Shown here: piece by piece, positions 29,554 through 39,337 of the stretch
Position numbering within the stretch: position 1 is the first letter of the stretch
How the letters are laid out: each line of letters opens with the position of its first letter
Source: a virus
Virus record (IMG/VR): IMGVR_UViG_3300031707_002715
Coordinates: 1-64,000 of that record
Direction: 5' to 3' (one strand)
DNA: 64,000 nt
The notes under the pieces: generated by a model
Database searches by the model: none
What the model was told of the DNA's origin: nothing
The model's input: only the letters and a program-made list of their open reading frames with translations
Translations under genes and position numbers: made by a program

Positions 29554-29904
29554 AAAACCTCCCTTTAAGGGTTGAAGATTTTCTATGACTTTTCAGATAA
29601 ACGAGATTGAACCCATCTCCTGTCCTAATACTATAATCAGGTTGAAAATGTTAGTGGGTTTCAAAATGTGGTTGTTTAAATAGTTATTTTATTATTGGTA
29701 TTTTATAGGCAGATTATAATAATGCGTAGATTGTCAATATGTGGCGGTATTCTAATGGTTTTATTTTTAGTTCAATTATGATTGCAATTTCCTTTATAAT
29801 AGTCTAAATTATAGCGGCCAACGACTAAAAGATTTAATTAGATTCACCCTCATTTGAGTATTCCAGAATAACAAAATAAGTTACTATTTTGAAAGGACGT
29901 TATT

Positions 29905-32670
29905 ATGGCAGCATTTGTATCAGGTTATCTTGCGCCAGGCGTTTATGACAGAACGCTGTTAGACCCTAATGTTGCGAGTTTATTGGGTGGTCTTAGAATT
30001 CCAATCGTTATTGGAACTGGTCAAGAACAAAAGTCGTTATTGAATCAAGACATGGTTCGCGGTTCGTCAGCTTCAGTAGATAACAAAGCGTCAAATGAAG
30101 ATGTGTCATCTCAAGCTGATGGTGCAAATACCGTATTCCAAGTCACATATTTTCCTATTGTAACAGGTGAGGGTAGCGGAATTGTTACTAATAGGGTGTC
30201 AGACATCACTGTAAAAGTCAATAATAATCCAGTGCCGGTTACTCGAGTCGATGGACTTAACGGTTTAGTCACGTTACAAATACCACCTGCAGCTACAGAT
30301 AGTGTTTCTATTACGTATTATTTTAAATTGACAGATACAAAAGTCGATAATGAAAATGTGTCTGATCAAGCTACAGGTAGTAATAGAACGTTTTATACGC
30401 ATTATAAGCCGATTACTGATGGTCGAGGAAGTGGAACGCCGACTACGACGATCACTGACGTTGTTGCTAAAGTAAATTCGTTAGTTGTTACCATTTCTGA
30501 AGTCAATGGCACTGATGGTACTGTAGTTTTAACAAATCCGCCCGGTGGATCTGATACAGTGACACTTTCATATTGGTTTAATCAATATGCAGACACTTTT
30601 GATCTTTTGCCGCAAAATAATTTAACGAGCGTTTTGTCTGTTGGCGATTCACCAGATCTTAATAATTATATTGAAGGTGTTGATTTTATTATTCTTGATG
30701 GTGATAAGATTCAATGGGGTGCGGGTTTCAAACTCAGCGTCATAACTCATACTTCAGGTTCAGTCTATTTTGATGATACTCAGATTTCAACACTTTTGGT
30801 TGACGATCGTATTATTTTAGAAGACGTGTCGAGTCAATTTACTGGTGTTGAAAATCATTGTGTTGTTCGGTATTTACCGATTGTTGATGGTAATGGTAGA
30901 GATATCGTGACAGACGATCCTACTAAAGTTAAAGCTTATGTTAATAGCACTGAAGTTGATGTCACAAGAGTTGATGGTGCTACGGGTACAATTTATCTCA
31001 AGAATATTCCGGCACCCGCAACTAGAGTAGAAGTATCATATTGGAGAAGTGAATTAATTGATGAGACTTATACTCTTGAAGTTGTGACTGCCGGTGTTGC
31101 CGGTGTAGGAACTTACAAGATTACGACCGTTGTTCAAGGCTCATTGTATAATGTCAAGGTCACCGGTTATACGTCTATTGTCACACCTACAATGATGGAT
31201 TCTCTTGGTGCTCATTTAAAAGCTAATAAGAATAGAGCCGTTGATGAAGTCGTAACATTGACATTTACAAGCGCGACTGAATTCACTGTTACATCTTCAA
31301 ATCCCGATGGTACAGGTACAGGCACGACAACCACTGGCAAAACAGGACATACGTTTATAGATTCAATAACCGGACTTCAATTTACAATTACGCCTGATGC
31401 CGGTTATTCTGGTGGTGATACTATTACTCTTAAATGTCATAATGATGACGTGCCTGGCACGCGATCAGCCGGTCCTGGAACAGGTACAGCAGGTCCATTT
31501 GAAACAGGCGTGTCGATTACAAATTATGTAATTCCCGGTGCTAGAGTAATTGTTTCTGATACAGCAAATACAGTATCAGCTGATAAAACTAATATACAGA
31601 CTTTTGATAAAGCTGGTAGTGAACCCGCTGTTGGTTCGACATATTATATTAGCTACTATTATCAGAAGGATGATTTTGAGCCTAAAGTTTTTACTAAATT
31701 TAAAGATATTACGTCTGAATATGGCGATTTGGCTATTGGTAATGCTATTACATTATCAGCATTTTTGATGATGATTAATGGCGCTGTTGCAGTTATGTGC
31801 AAGCAAGTGCTAAAAGAAACGGGCGAAGACACTGCGACAGACCAAGCTTATATAGATGCGCTTAAGGAAATTGAGAAACCAGTTAATGGTATTAAACCTC
31901 GAGTTATTCATGTTACCACTACATCTCAGACTGTGATTGCTGCACTTAAAACACATTTGGCACAAATGTCGTCTGAACGTAGACGGTCAGAAAGGACAGC
32001 TTTTATTGGATTTGCAGTTGGAACAGAACCTCAAGACGCTGCAAATTATGCAAAGTCTCTTAGTTATGGTCGTCTTGTAGCTGTTTATCCTGATGGTGCA
32101 ATAATTGGATTGACAGATGAACGAGGTGTAGAATCTGAATACATTCTCGATGGCAGCTATATGGCTGCTGCGCTTACAGGATTGAACATTAGTACAGCGT
32201 ATGATGTTGCAGAACCAATGACTCGAAAGACGATTACTGGTTTTAAGAGACTTATTAGAGTCATGGACGAAGTTGAAATGGATGAGACTGCTTCTGCCGG
32301 TGTAACAATAATTCAAGACGAATCTGGAGTAATGAAAGTTCGTCATGCATTGACGACTGATATTGGCAACGTATTTAATAAAGCGCCAAATATCATAACG
32401 ATCATGGACGAAACACAGATTCAAGCTCGAGCAGCGCTCGACCAATATATTGGTAAGAAATTCTTACCTAATACGGCCGGTAACGTTGCTTCTACATTAG
32501 CTGCCACACTTTCAGCATTAAAAGAAGCAGAGATTATTTCTGATTATGCGAATGTTACTGCTGAACCTTCAGATACTGATCCTAATTATTTGGTCGCTGA
32601 AGCTTTCTATAAACCAGTATTTGAATTATCATATATCAGAATAACATTCAATATTAGAGCAAAACTCTAA
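29905..32670 (+). CDS. Contractile tail sheath protein with large inserted domains
   Basis: N-terminal YLAPGVY; C-terminal core HLAQMS...ERTAFIG...LVAVYP...AAALTG...EPMTRKTI.GF...VRHALTT...FYKPVFELSYIRITF. Confidence 0.93.
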   Translation: MAAFVSGYLAPGVYDRTLLDPNVASLLGGLRIPIVIGTGQEQKSLLNQDMVRGSSASVDNKASNEDVSSQADGANTVFQVTYFPIVTGEGSGIVTNRVSDITVKVNNNPVPVTRVDGLNGLVTLQIPPAATDSVSITYYFKLTDTKVDNENVSDQATGSNRTFYTHYKPITDGRGSGTPTTTITDVVAKVNSLVVTISEVNGTDGTVVLTNPPGGSDTVTLSYWFNQYADTFDLLPQNNLTSVLSVGDSPDLNNYIEGVDFIILDGDKIQWGAGFKLSVITHTSGSVYFDDTQISTLLVDDRIILEDVSSQFTGVENHCVVRYLPIVDGNGRDIVTDDPTKVKAYVNSTEVDVTRVDGATGTIYLKNIPAPATRVEVSYWRSELIDETYTLEVVTAGVAGVGTYKITTVVQGSLYNVKVTGYTSIVTPTMMDSLGAHLKANKNRAVDEVVTLTFTSATEFTVTSSNPDGTGTGTTTTGKTGHTFIDSITGLQFTITPDAGYSGGDTITLKCHNDDVPGTRSAGPGTGTAGPFETGVSITNYVIPGARVIVSDTANTVSADKTNIQTFDKAGSEPAVGSTYYISYYYQKDDFEPKVFTKFKDITSEYGDLAIGNAITLSAFLMMINGAVAVMCKQVLKETGEDTATDQAYIDALKEIEKPVNGIKPRVIHVTTTSQTVIAALKTHLAQMSSERRRSERTAFIGFAVGTEPQDAANYAKSLSYGRLVAVYPDGAIIGLTDERGVESEYILDGSYMAAALTGLNISTAYDVAEPMTRKTITGFKRLIRVMDEVEMDETASAGVTIIQDESGVMKVRHALTTDIGNVFNKAPNIITIMDETQIQARAALDQYIGKKFLPNTAGNVASTLAATLSALKEAEIISDYANVTAEPSDTDPNYLVAEAFYKPVFELSYIRITFNIRAKL

Positions 32671-33006
32671 ATGAAGGTCGCTTTCAATAATACTAGGTAC
32701 AAGGATCATCCGGAAGATAAAGATACGGATGATTCTTGGTTGTTTACTGAATCAGGAGCTGAAAGGGTTCATCCGGGTCAACTCGGTCTTGATAAAGATA
32801 ATTATCTTTACAATGATACGAACGCTGACAAGTATAATGCAGGTAAAGATATTCAACAAGTGCATGGTCAACCTAAAGGAGTGACACCCGATCTTGGTCC
32901 AGTAAATCAATTTGAAAGTGACAAGAAAGTTTTTGATGATGATTCAGTAAAATCGTTTAATAATGAAGAACAATTGATTCAAGACATCATACACAAGCGG
33001 AGGTAA
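32671..33006 (+). CDS. Hypothetical acidic protein between sheath and tube
   Basis: Starts immediately after the sheath stop and ends 3 bp before the tube gene. Confidence 0.6.
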   Translation: MKVAFNNTRYKDHPEDKDTDDSWLFTESGAERVHPGQLGLDKDNYLYNDTNADKYNAGKDIQQVHGQPKGVTPDLGPVNQFESDKKVFDDDSVKSFNNEEQLIQDIIHKRR

Positions 33007-33009
33007 CTT

Positions 33010-33648
33010 ATGGCATCGAATAGTTACATTTATCAACAGGGTTCAACTCCTAATACTAGTTTGTTGAATAGCCAAAAAGTAAAAGTATATACTGCACATC
33101 CGGGCGGGGCTGATCCTACTGCTAATCAAATTGGAATCCTTCAATCTTGGGCACCGTCTCAGTCTAGACCGACAGAACCAGTAAGAGGCATTGGTCACGG
33201 TGACAGAGTCGCCGAACAATCTGTCGGTGTGACAGAATTAACGGGATCGCTTAGCATTGCAGTCATGTATTTAGTAAACATTATGCAAGTGCTCGGTTAC
33301 AATGCGGGTGCTTCTGGTGCAGTTCGCTCTTTGAAGCATCACAGGTGGCCGTTTGATATTAAAGAACAAATCATTATTCCTGATTTTATTCAAAGAGATT
33401 TAACATATCAGCAAGGTTCGAACAAGACTGCCGGTGTGTCGAATGGCAATATTATTCAGACATACTATGAAGGTTGCTGGATGCAGGATTATAACATCAC
33501 ATTTGAAATCGGAGCTTCAACGATAATGCAAGACTGCACCGTTAATATTACGGATGTATATGATCCAGCCGTTGGCCGCGGCTTTTATGGTGAATCACTA
33601 GTTGATAGAGACATTACAACTATCAGCAAGCTCATTCGTCTTACGTAA
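33010..33648 (+). CDS. Tail tube protein
   Basis: Follows the sheath; IGILQSW...PVRGIG...PFDIKE...YYEGCWMQDYNITF...IMQDCTVNITDV; RBS gaggt. Confidence 0.85.
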   Translation: MASNSYIYQQGSTPNTSLLNSQKVKVYTAHPGGADPTANQIGILQSWAPSQSRPTEPVRGIGHGDRVAEQSVGVTELTGSLSIAVMYLVNIMQVLGYNAGASGAVRSLKHHRWPFDIKEQIIIPDFIQRDLTYQQGSNKTAGVSNGNIIQTYYEGCWMQDYNITFEIGASTIMQDCTVNITDVYDPAVGRGFYGESLVDRDITTISKLIRLT

Positions 33649-33671
33649 TTTTTACATCTGTAATCCCGCCG

Positions 33672-33712
33672 AGGTGCTCATTGACCAGAAATGGGAGAGC
33701 ACCTTTTTCTTC
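33672..33712 (+). terminator. Probable intrinsic terminator after the sheath-tube unit
   Basis: aggtgctc...gagcacct stem followed by ttttcttc. Confidence 0.7.
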
Positions 33713-33827
33713 TTCAATTCTTCGTTATATTCTTGTAAATTTTTTGTAATAAGTTTATACTATTACAATAGGTGAATTATGTAATCAATTAATCAAGATT
33801 AATTTCTAGACTTAGAGGATTCATCTT

Positions 33828-35153
33828 ATGGATGATATGTTTACTGATATTAGATCTCTAATCTTTAATGGTTTTATTGCAGAAACAATAAAATTTGATG
33901 AATTTATCGTCACAATTCACACACTCGGAACAGCTGAAGAAAATAGTATTATTGAGACGTATGAACACTTGCCGAACGAATACAATTTAATGGCTGCTGT
34001 TGACACAGTGCAAAGAGCAGTATATTTTATTAATGGTTGTAAAATAACTGATGAAACTAAAAAGCTTATATACGATTGGCCACGACAAATTATTACAAAA
34101 ATTTTTGATATATACTTGACAATGGCTGACCGAGTACGTACAGCCACAAAGCTTATCAATGAATTTATAAAAACTGATGAATCAAAGTTACGATGGGCTG
34201 TAATAAAGTCGACTAAAACAAGTCTTAATAGTGTCGCTATTACTGGAAATATTGAATTAGAATCTAGGGGGTTGTCGTATATTCAACAAGTATGGATTTT
34301 TTTAAATCAACAAGAAGACTCAGTCGAACAAAATAAGCTCGATTGGAATAAAGTTGAATATATGACAGATACTATTTGCACATTTGTGAATCCAAAGGCG
34401 ATGCAACAAGTGCAGAGCAGGAAAAAATTGTTGCAAGATGAACAAGCAATTAAAGAAAAAAGAAATGAAATTCAACAGATTGAACAAGATTCAAAGGAGA
34501 AACTCATGATTGAAAATACGGCTGATGAATTATTTGATGCTTTAAGTAGGAAGCAAAGCGAAACTGTGCTGCAATATCACGACCGTGTTGAAAAATCGAT
34601 AGTTAAAGCATTTTCTGAAGATGAACACGATAAAATCATTCGCGAATATGAGGAAAACGAATTTAGAAAACAATTACGGATAAAGAAAGAAAATGCTAGA
34701 CGCGCGAAAATATTACATGAAAAGAAGATGGTTAATGCGATCGTTATAGACGTACCGGCGCTTAAAGGTATCGAAGTAGGATTTCATCAAGTATCGACGC
34801 TCGGTGATGATATTATAGAAGTCCAAGAAACAGGATTATGGATTGTTAACAATGTTGATTATGCTGATGTTGTGTCGATAACTTCGTTTAGTTTACTTAA
34901 GAATAGAGATAAAATTTTTAAAGAAGTAACAGGCGAAACAGATGAAGAAACAATGAAATATATTGAACAATATTTACAAGAAGAAGAACAAGAGAAATCA
35001 GACGTAGTTAAAAGAATTGAGGTATTACAAAAGACGTTAGATCCTAATGAGACAATGCTTGATAAAAGAGAAAGAATTATAGTTTCAAATAAAAATAAAT
35101 TTGAAAGTCAACAACAGGAAATGATTAATCAAATTCAAAAAGAACAACGATAG
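33828..35153 (+). CDS. Tail assembly chaperone-like protein with a long charged C-terminal extension
   Basis: Lies between tube and tape measure; N-terminal domain paralogous to the next two genes. Confidence 0.6.
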   Translation: MDDMFTDIRSLIFNGFIAETIKFDEFIVTIHTLGTAEENSIIETYEHLPNEYNLMAAVDTVQRAVYFINGCKITDETKKLIYDWPRQIITKIFDIYLTMADRVRTATKLINEFIKTDESKLRWAVIKSTKTSLNSVAITGNIELESRGLSYIQQVWIFLNQQEDSVEQNKLDWNKVEYMTDTICTFVNPKAMQQVQSRKKLLQDEQAIKEKRNEIQQIEQDSKEKLMIENTADELFDALSRKQSETVLQYHDRVEKSIVKAFSEDEHDKIIREYEENEFRKQLRIKKENARRAKILHEKKMVNAIVIDVPALKGIEVGFHQVSTLGDDIIEVQETGLWIVNNVDYADVVSITSFSLLKNRDKIFKEVTGETDEETMKYIEQYLQEEEQEKSDVVKRIEVLQKTLDPNETMLDKRERIIVSNKNKFESQQQEMINQIQKEQR

Positions 35154-35169
35154 ATTAAAAGGAGATAAT

Positions 35170-35634
35170 ATGTCGATTAAAAAATTTGAAGACCCATTAC
35201 TGGTAATGAATGCAATAGCTGAGCTAAGACATAGATCAAAAGATGTAATCGTTGACGCTAATTTTAGTGTTACAATTAGATCATTGGGTGCTAAAGATGA
35301 AACTGATTCGTTTATTGCTTGTATGAATTTATGGGGTCAGGCATTTATTTATCAACATAAGCTCGAGACGTTATCCAGAGCTATTACTCATGTTAATAAG
35401 ATATCTTTAGACAAATTAAGTACTGATGAGAAAAGAAATATAATTTCGACATGGAGTCAGGATTTAGTTGATGAATTATATTTAGAATATGCAAAGCTAT
35501 TGGGATCGTTAGATGAGTTTTTTAAGAATATCGAGTTGACAGCTCAAACAAATGTTATTGGTGTAAAAGACGCAGAAGCAAAAAGGGCGATAATGAAAAA
35601 AGAATCAGATTCAAAGGAGATTAAGAATGGCTGA
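35170..35634 (+). CDS. Tail assembly chaperone-like protein
   Basis: VTIRSL...ETLSRAITHVN...W.QDLVDELY.EY; RBS aaggag. Confidence 0.65.
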   Translation: MSIKKFEDPLLVMNAIAELRHRSKDVIVDANFSVTIRSLGAKDETDSFIACMNLWGQAFIYQHKLETLSRAITHVNKISLDKLSTDEKRNIISTWSQDLVDELYLEYAKLLGSLDEFFKNIELTAQTNVIGVKDAEAKRAIMKKESDSKEIKNG

Positions 35635-36052
35635 TGAAAATGAAACAAAAGCATTAGATGCATTAAAATCGCTTGAATCGTATAAATATCAAGAGAGAGC
35701 AGTCACGGTCAGCGATGTCAAAATAGTTTTGGCACCGCTAATGTCAAAAGAAGTAATAGAAATATTTGAAAATAGTAATAAGTATAATGATACAGAAGCA
35801 AGTGTACAGTCATTGAAAGTCGAAACTGTCGCTAGAGCTATAATATCAGTTAATGATATTAAGTTAGATCCAAAGGGAATGTTAAAACAAAAATTAGATA
35901 TTGTATTGTCATTTGGTGATGAATTAGTGGATTATTTATTTAGTGAGTATTGTATTTTAGATAAAGTGATTAAGTTGGCTGTTGAACAAAAAGAATTTAA
36001 TGAAGTTGATGCGAGAGGTGCTGCTGAAATAAAGGATGAAAAGAAGGGTTAA
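35627..36052 (+). CDS. Tail assembly chaperone-like protein
   Basis: IVLAPL...ETVARAIISVN...DELVDYLF.EY; RBS aaggag. Confidence 0.65.
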   Translation: MADENETKALDALKSLESYKYQERAVTVSDVKIVLAPLMSKEVIEIFENSNKYNDTEASVQSLKVETVARAIISVNDIKLDPKGMLKQKLDIVLSFGDELVDYLFSEYCILDKVIKLAVEQKEFNEVDARGAAEIKDEKKG

Positions 36053-36055
36053 AAA

Positions 36056-39000
36056 ATGGCTCGTAAATCTAAAATTATATTAGATGTTGATTTTGGCGAA
36101 ATTGACGAGTCTAGAGTGAAAGAATTGAGTAAACATCTCGGTGAGAAATTCCGTAAAGAGCATATAGATTTTGGATGGACTGAAGTCGAGAAATCGATTA
36201 CCGGTGTTCAAAAGCAATTGACAAGTATTGATAAAGAAAGTGATCAGGCTAATCAAAAACTCAAAAGTGTTGGTGAAAAAATACACGATAACATGAGTAA
36301 GTTAGAAAAGGTTCAATCTAGAATTAATGATCAAAATGTTAAAAGCAGTGAGAAAGTAATTGATTTTGAGCGTAAGATTCAAGATATGAAGGTTAAAAGA
36401 GCAAAGATAGATGCGCAGTTAAGTAATTTATCAGATAAGACTGATGAAAAGTCAATGAATAAAGCAGCGTTATTGCAAGATGAAAAGGCAAGGGCAGCAC
36501 AAGATTATGAATTGCTCGTGAATCAATTAAAAGAAGAAGCTAATAAGAGTGAAGAAGAACAGAACAAATTGATAGCAGATAGATTAGATACTGAATCGAC
36601 GCTTGAAGATTTGTATAAGCAACACGCAGATATTAAAGATGAAGCTACAAAAAAGCAAGAAGAGTATAATGGTTTATTAGCTGAAGAAGTAGATTATACT
36701 GATAAATTGAAGACTATGCAAAAAGAACGTGCAGAGATGGTTAGTGCTATTGCGACTGAATTGAAAAAATCAAATAGTTATATGACGGATGATGAGGCGT
36801 TAACTCATGCTAAAAAATATATTTCTTATGATCAAAAGCAGACTGTATTTGAGAAAAAGCATATCGACATGTTTAAAAAGTCAAAGAAAAATCGAAAAGA
36901 AGAACTTAAAGATAAAATGGCAGAATTAAAGTTACATAAAGCAGTTTTGGCTAGTCAACACGTGGGATGGCTCGAGCGGGGTAAAATAATTAGAGCTGAG
37001 AAGATGCAATTAAAGCACGAGTTGGGATTTAAAAAGCCAGGTTTACGAGAAAAATTAGTTGAGAAAGTAAAGCCTGGTGCTGTTGTAGGAGAACAGGCGG
37101 GTCAATTAATGGCTGTCGTTGGTAAACTTGCGGCACCGTTGCTTGCTCTTGGTGGTCTCGCAGGTATAATTATGACGATATTGAAGTTTAATAAAGAAGT
37201 GGCTGAAGCGAGGAAACAATTATTTTTATTTGGTGCTACAGGTAGTGATGCATGGGCTAGAATTGAGAAGGGAAACTTGGCAGGCGCAAAGTCTACAGAT
37301 GGATATATTAGAGTATTAGAGTCAATGTGGGATAGAGTGGGTATGAAATATGATGAAGCATTACAAAATGTCGGTGCACTTACAAATGCAGGTATAAATT
37401 TAAACGATGTAATGAGACATAACGCTGAAACATTTGTTGAAGTCGAGCACATGGCAATGTTGTCGGGAAAGACGTTTGGTGATATGGCTGCCATTTCTGG
37501 TGAATGGGTTACAGACATGAATATTAGCACTTCTAGATTAATGGATACGTTTGTTACATTAAGGCATGGAGCTGCAAATGCTGATATGACAACAACTAGA
37601 TTTTTCTCTAGTATAATGAATGCAGCACAAGGATTAATGCTTTATGGTACTCATGTTGAAGATGTTTCGACTGCGATGTCAAATTTAGTTAAAGGGTCTA
37701 AATTAGGTCAAAAAGAAGCTACTGGGTTGGCGACTAGTTTGGTGACTTTATCAAGTACAATGACTGATGAACAAAAATTTTTAGTAATACAACAAACAGA
37801 TGTAATTAAAAAGCTTGAACAAGAACGAAATGAATTGCAAAATAATGAAAATCAAAGAAATAAAGAAATAGATAATCTTATTGCGAAAAGAAATAAATTA
37901 GAACAACAACATAAAATATTAAGTGTCAGTGATGAAAAAAGATTAGCATTATTGCAAGAAGAAAAAGATAGACTTGATAAATTAAGTGGTACTATATTTG
38001 AGTCGGGCGCTGGCGCTTTTGAGAAAAGTGTTAGGGCTTTTGAAGCGCTTAAACCGGCGGATCAAGTCGAAGCAGCCGTTAAAGCCATTGTTAAGATGAA
38101 AGATGCGACGATAAATATTAACGATCCTAAGCAACTCTCTGAAGTATTGAGAAAATTCGGTAGGACTGAACTTACTCGACTCGGTAAGGTTTTTGGAATG
38201 CCGGAAGATACGTGGAGATTGATTGAAGATAATGCTCTTCAAGGTAAAAAATTAAGTGATATAGGTAAGTCAATAACTGACGAAGAAGAGAAGAAAGCAA
38301 AAGAGAAAGCGTCAGAGCAAGCTGCCATTATCGCTCAAGGTACAAAACCAATACAAGACACTATTGAACAGACTATAGCAAGATGGCTTCGCAATATTTA
38401 TATGATTCTTGAGAAATTTTTTGATGTAGTGATGGATTGGTTAGGAAGAGATTATAAAAAGTCATTACAGCTTAGTGATGATATTATTGATGAATTGAAA
38501 AAACAACAAGATAGGCATGCAGAATTATTGACTGATATTAAAGAAACTGAGTTAAAAATACAAAAAGAAGCTAATGCTAAAAAGAAGCAAGAATTAGAAA
38601 AGCAAAAGGATTTATATGAATCGCAAGAAAAAACTGTTAATAAAAATATAAAGACGCTAATGGAGAGTAAAGGTGACATAAAAGCTTTACAAACAGTGCA
38701 ATCAATACCTATTATTGGTGGAAAGGTAGCTAACATTCTTTATGATGCTGAAAGCCGGATGAAAGAAGCTGGAAAAGCTACAAGAGATGTACAGGAACAG
38801 ACAGCTGCTGACATCATTAATGATCCAGGGGCGTCAAAAGAAGATAAAGATAAAGCTGCGGGATTTATTTTAGGAACAGAACCTACATTGGATGTTAAGA
38901 GGACTAATTACGCTACTGGAGGAACAGAACCTACATTGGATGTTAAGAGGACTAATTACGCTACTGGTGGAACAGAACCCGCATTGGATGTTAAGAAGAA

Positions 39001-39337
39001 GAAGACTAATTACGCTACTGGTGGTTATACTGGTTTAGGATCACAGAATGCTGTAGCTGGATTAGTTCATAATAAAGAGTTTGTATTTGATGCTATGTCG
39101 ACTAGAAAAGCCGGTCCTGAAAATCTAGCAATGCTTATGCGAGCAATCAAAACTACGCCAGCAATTACCAGACCGACGGATATTGCTAGATCGATTGGTG
39201 GCGGAACAACGGCTACTACGACTGCCGGTTCTAATGTTATAAACACTGTAACTATTCAAGTTAACCAACGCGATAGGCAAGAAATTGAACAGATAGTTTA
39301 CAAAGTACTATATGGTGAAAGACGAGTAGGTTACTAA
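36056..39337 (+). CDS. Tape measure protein
   Basis: 1093-aa coiled-coil protein with a hydrophobic segment (LAAPLLALGGLAGIIMTIL) and C-terminal YATGGYTG...AGLVHNKEFVF; canonical position. Confidence 0.88.
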   Translation: MARKSKIILDVDFGEIDESRVKELSKHLGEKFRKEHIDFGWTEVEKSITGVQKQLTSIDKESDQANQKLKSVGEKIHDNMSKLEKVQSRINDQNVKSSEKVIDFERKIQDMKVKRAKIDAQLSNLSDKTDEKSMNKAALLQDEKARAAQDYELLVNQLKEEANKSEEEQNKLIADRLDTESTLEDLYKQHADIKDEATKKQEEYNGLLAEEVDYTDKLKTMQKERAEMVSAIATELKKSNSYMTDDEALTHAKKYISYDQKQTVFEKKHIDMFKKSKKNRKEELKDKMAELKLHKAVLASQHVGWLERGKIIRAEKMQLKHELGFKKPGLREKLVEKVKPGAVVGEQAGQLMAVVGKLAAPLLALGGLAGIIMTILKFNKEVAEARKQLFLFGATGSDAWARIEKGNLAGAKSTDGYIRVLESMWDRVGMKYDEALQNVGALTNAGINLNDVMRHNAETFVEVEHMAMLSGKTFGDMAAISGEWVTDMNISTSRLMDTFVTLRHGAANADMTTTRFFSSIMNAAQGLMLYGTHVEDVSTAMSNLVKGSKLGQKEATGLATSLVTLSSTMTDEQKFLVIQQTDVIKKLEQERNELQNNENQRNKEIDNLIAKRNKLEQQHKILSVSDEKRLALLQEEKDRLDKLSGTIFESGAGAFEKSVRAFEALKPADQVEAAVKAIVKMKDATININDPKQLSEVLRKFGRTELTRLGKVFGMPEDTWRLIEDNALQGKKLSDIGKSITDEEEKKAKEKASEQAAIIAQGTKPIQDTIEQTIARWLRNIYMILEKFFDVVMDWLGRDYKKSLQLSDDIIDELKKQQDRHAELLTDIKETELKIQKEANAKKKQELEKQKDLYESQEKTVNKNIKTLMESKGDIKALQTVQSIPIIGGKVANILYDAESRMKEAGKATRDVQEQTAADIINDPGASKEDKDKAAGFILGTEPTLDVKRTNYATGGTEPTLDVKRTNYATGGTEPALDVKKKKTNYATGGYTGLGSQNAVAGLVHNKEFVFDAMSTRKAGPENLAMLMRAIKTTPAITRPTDIARSIGGGTTATTTAGSNVINTVTIQVNQRDRQEIEQIVYKVLYGERRVGY
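38873..39022 (+). repeat. In-frame tandem triplication (48 + 48 + 54 bp) in the tape measure gene
   Basis: ggaacagaacctacattggatgttaagaggactaattacgctactgg(a/t) twice, then a third copy with an aag expansion; encodes GTEPTLDVKRTNYATG. Confidence 0.95.

Noticed and set aside
29713-29737. Perfect TTGACA and TATAAT on the minus strand upstream of the moron
   Set aside because: The spacer is only 13 bp, outside the 16-18 bp needed for a sigma70 promoter
38873-39022. Direct repeats as a possible CRISPR array
   Set aside because: The units are contiguous with no unique spacers, in frame within the tape measure gene, and no cas genes are present
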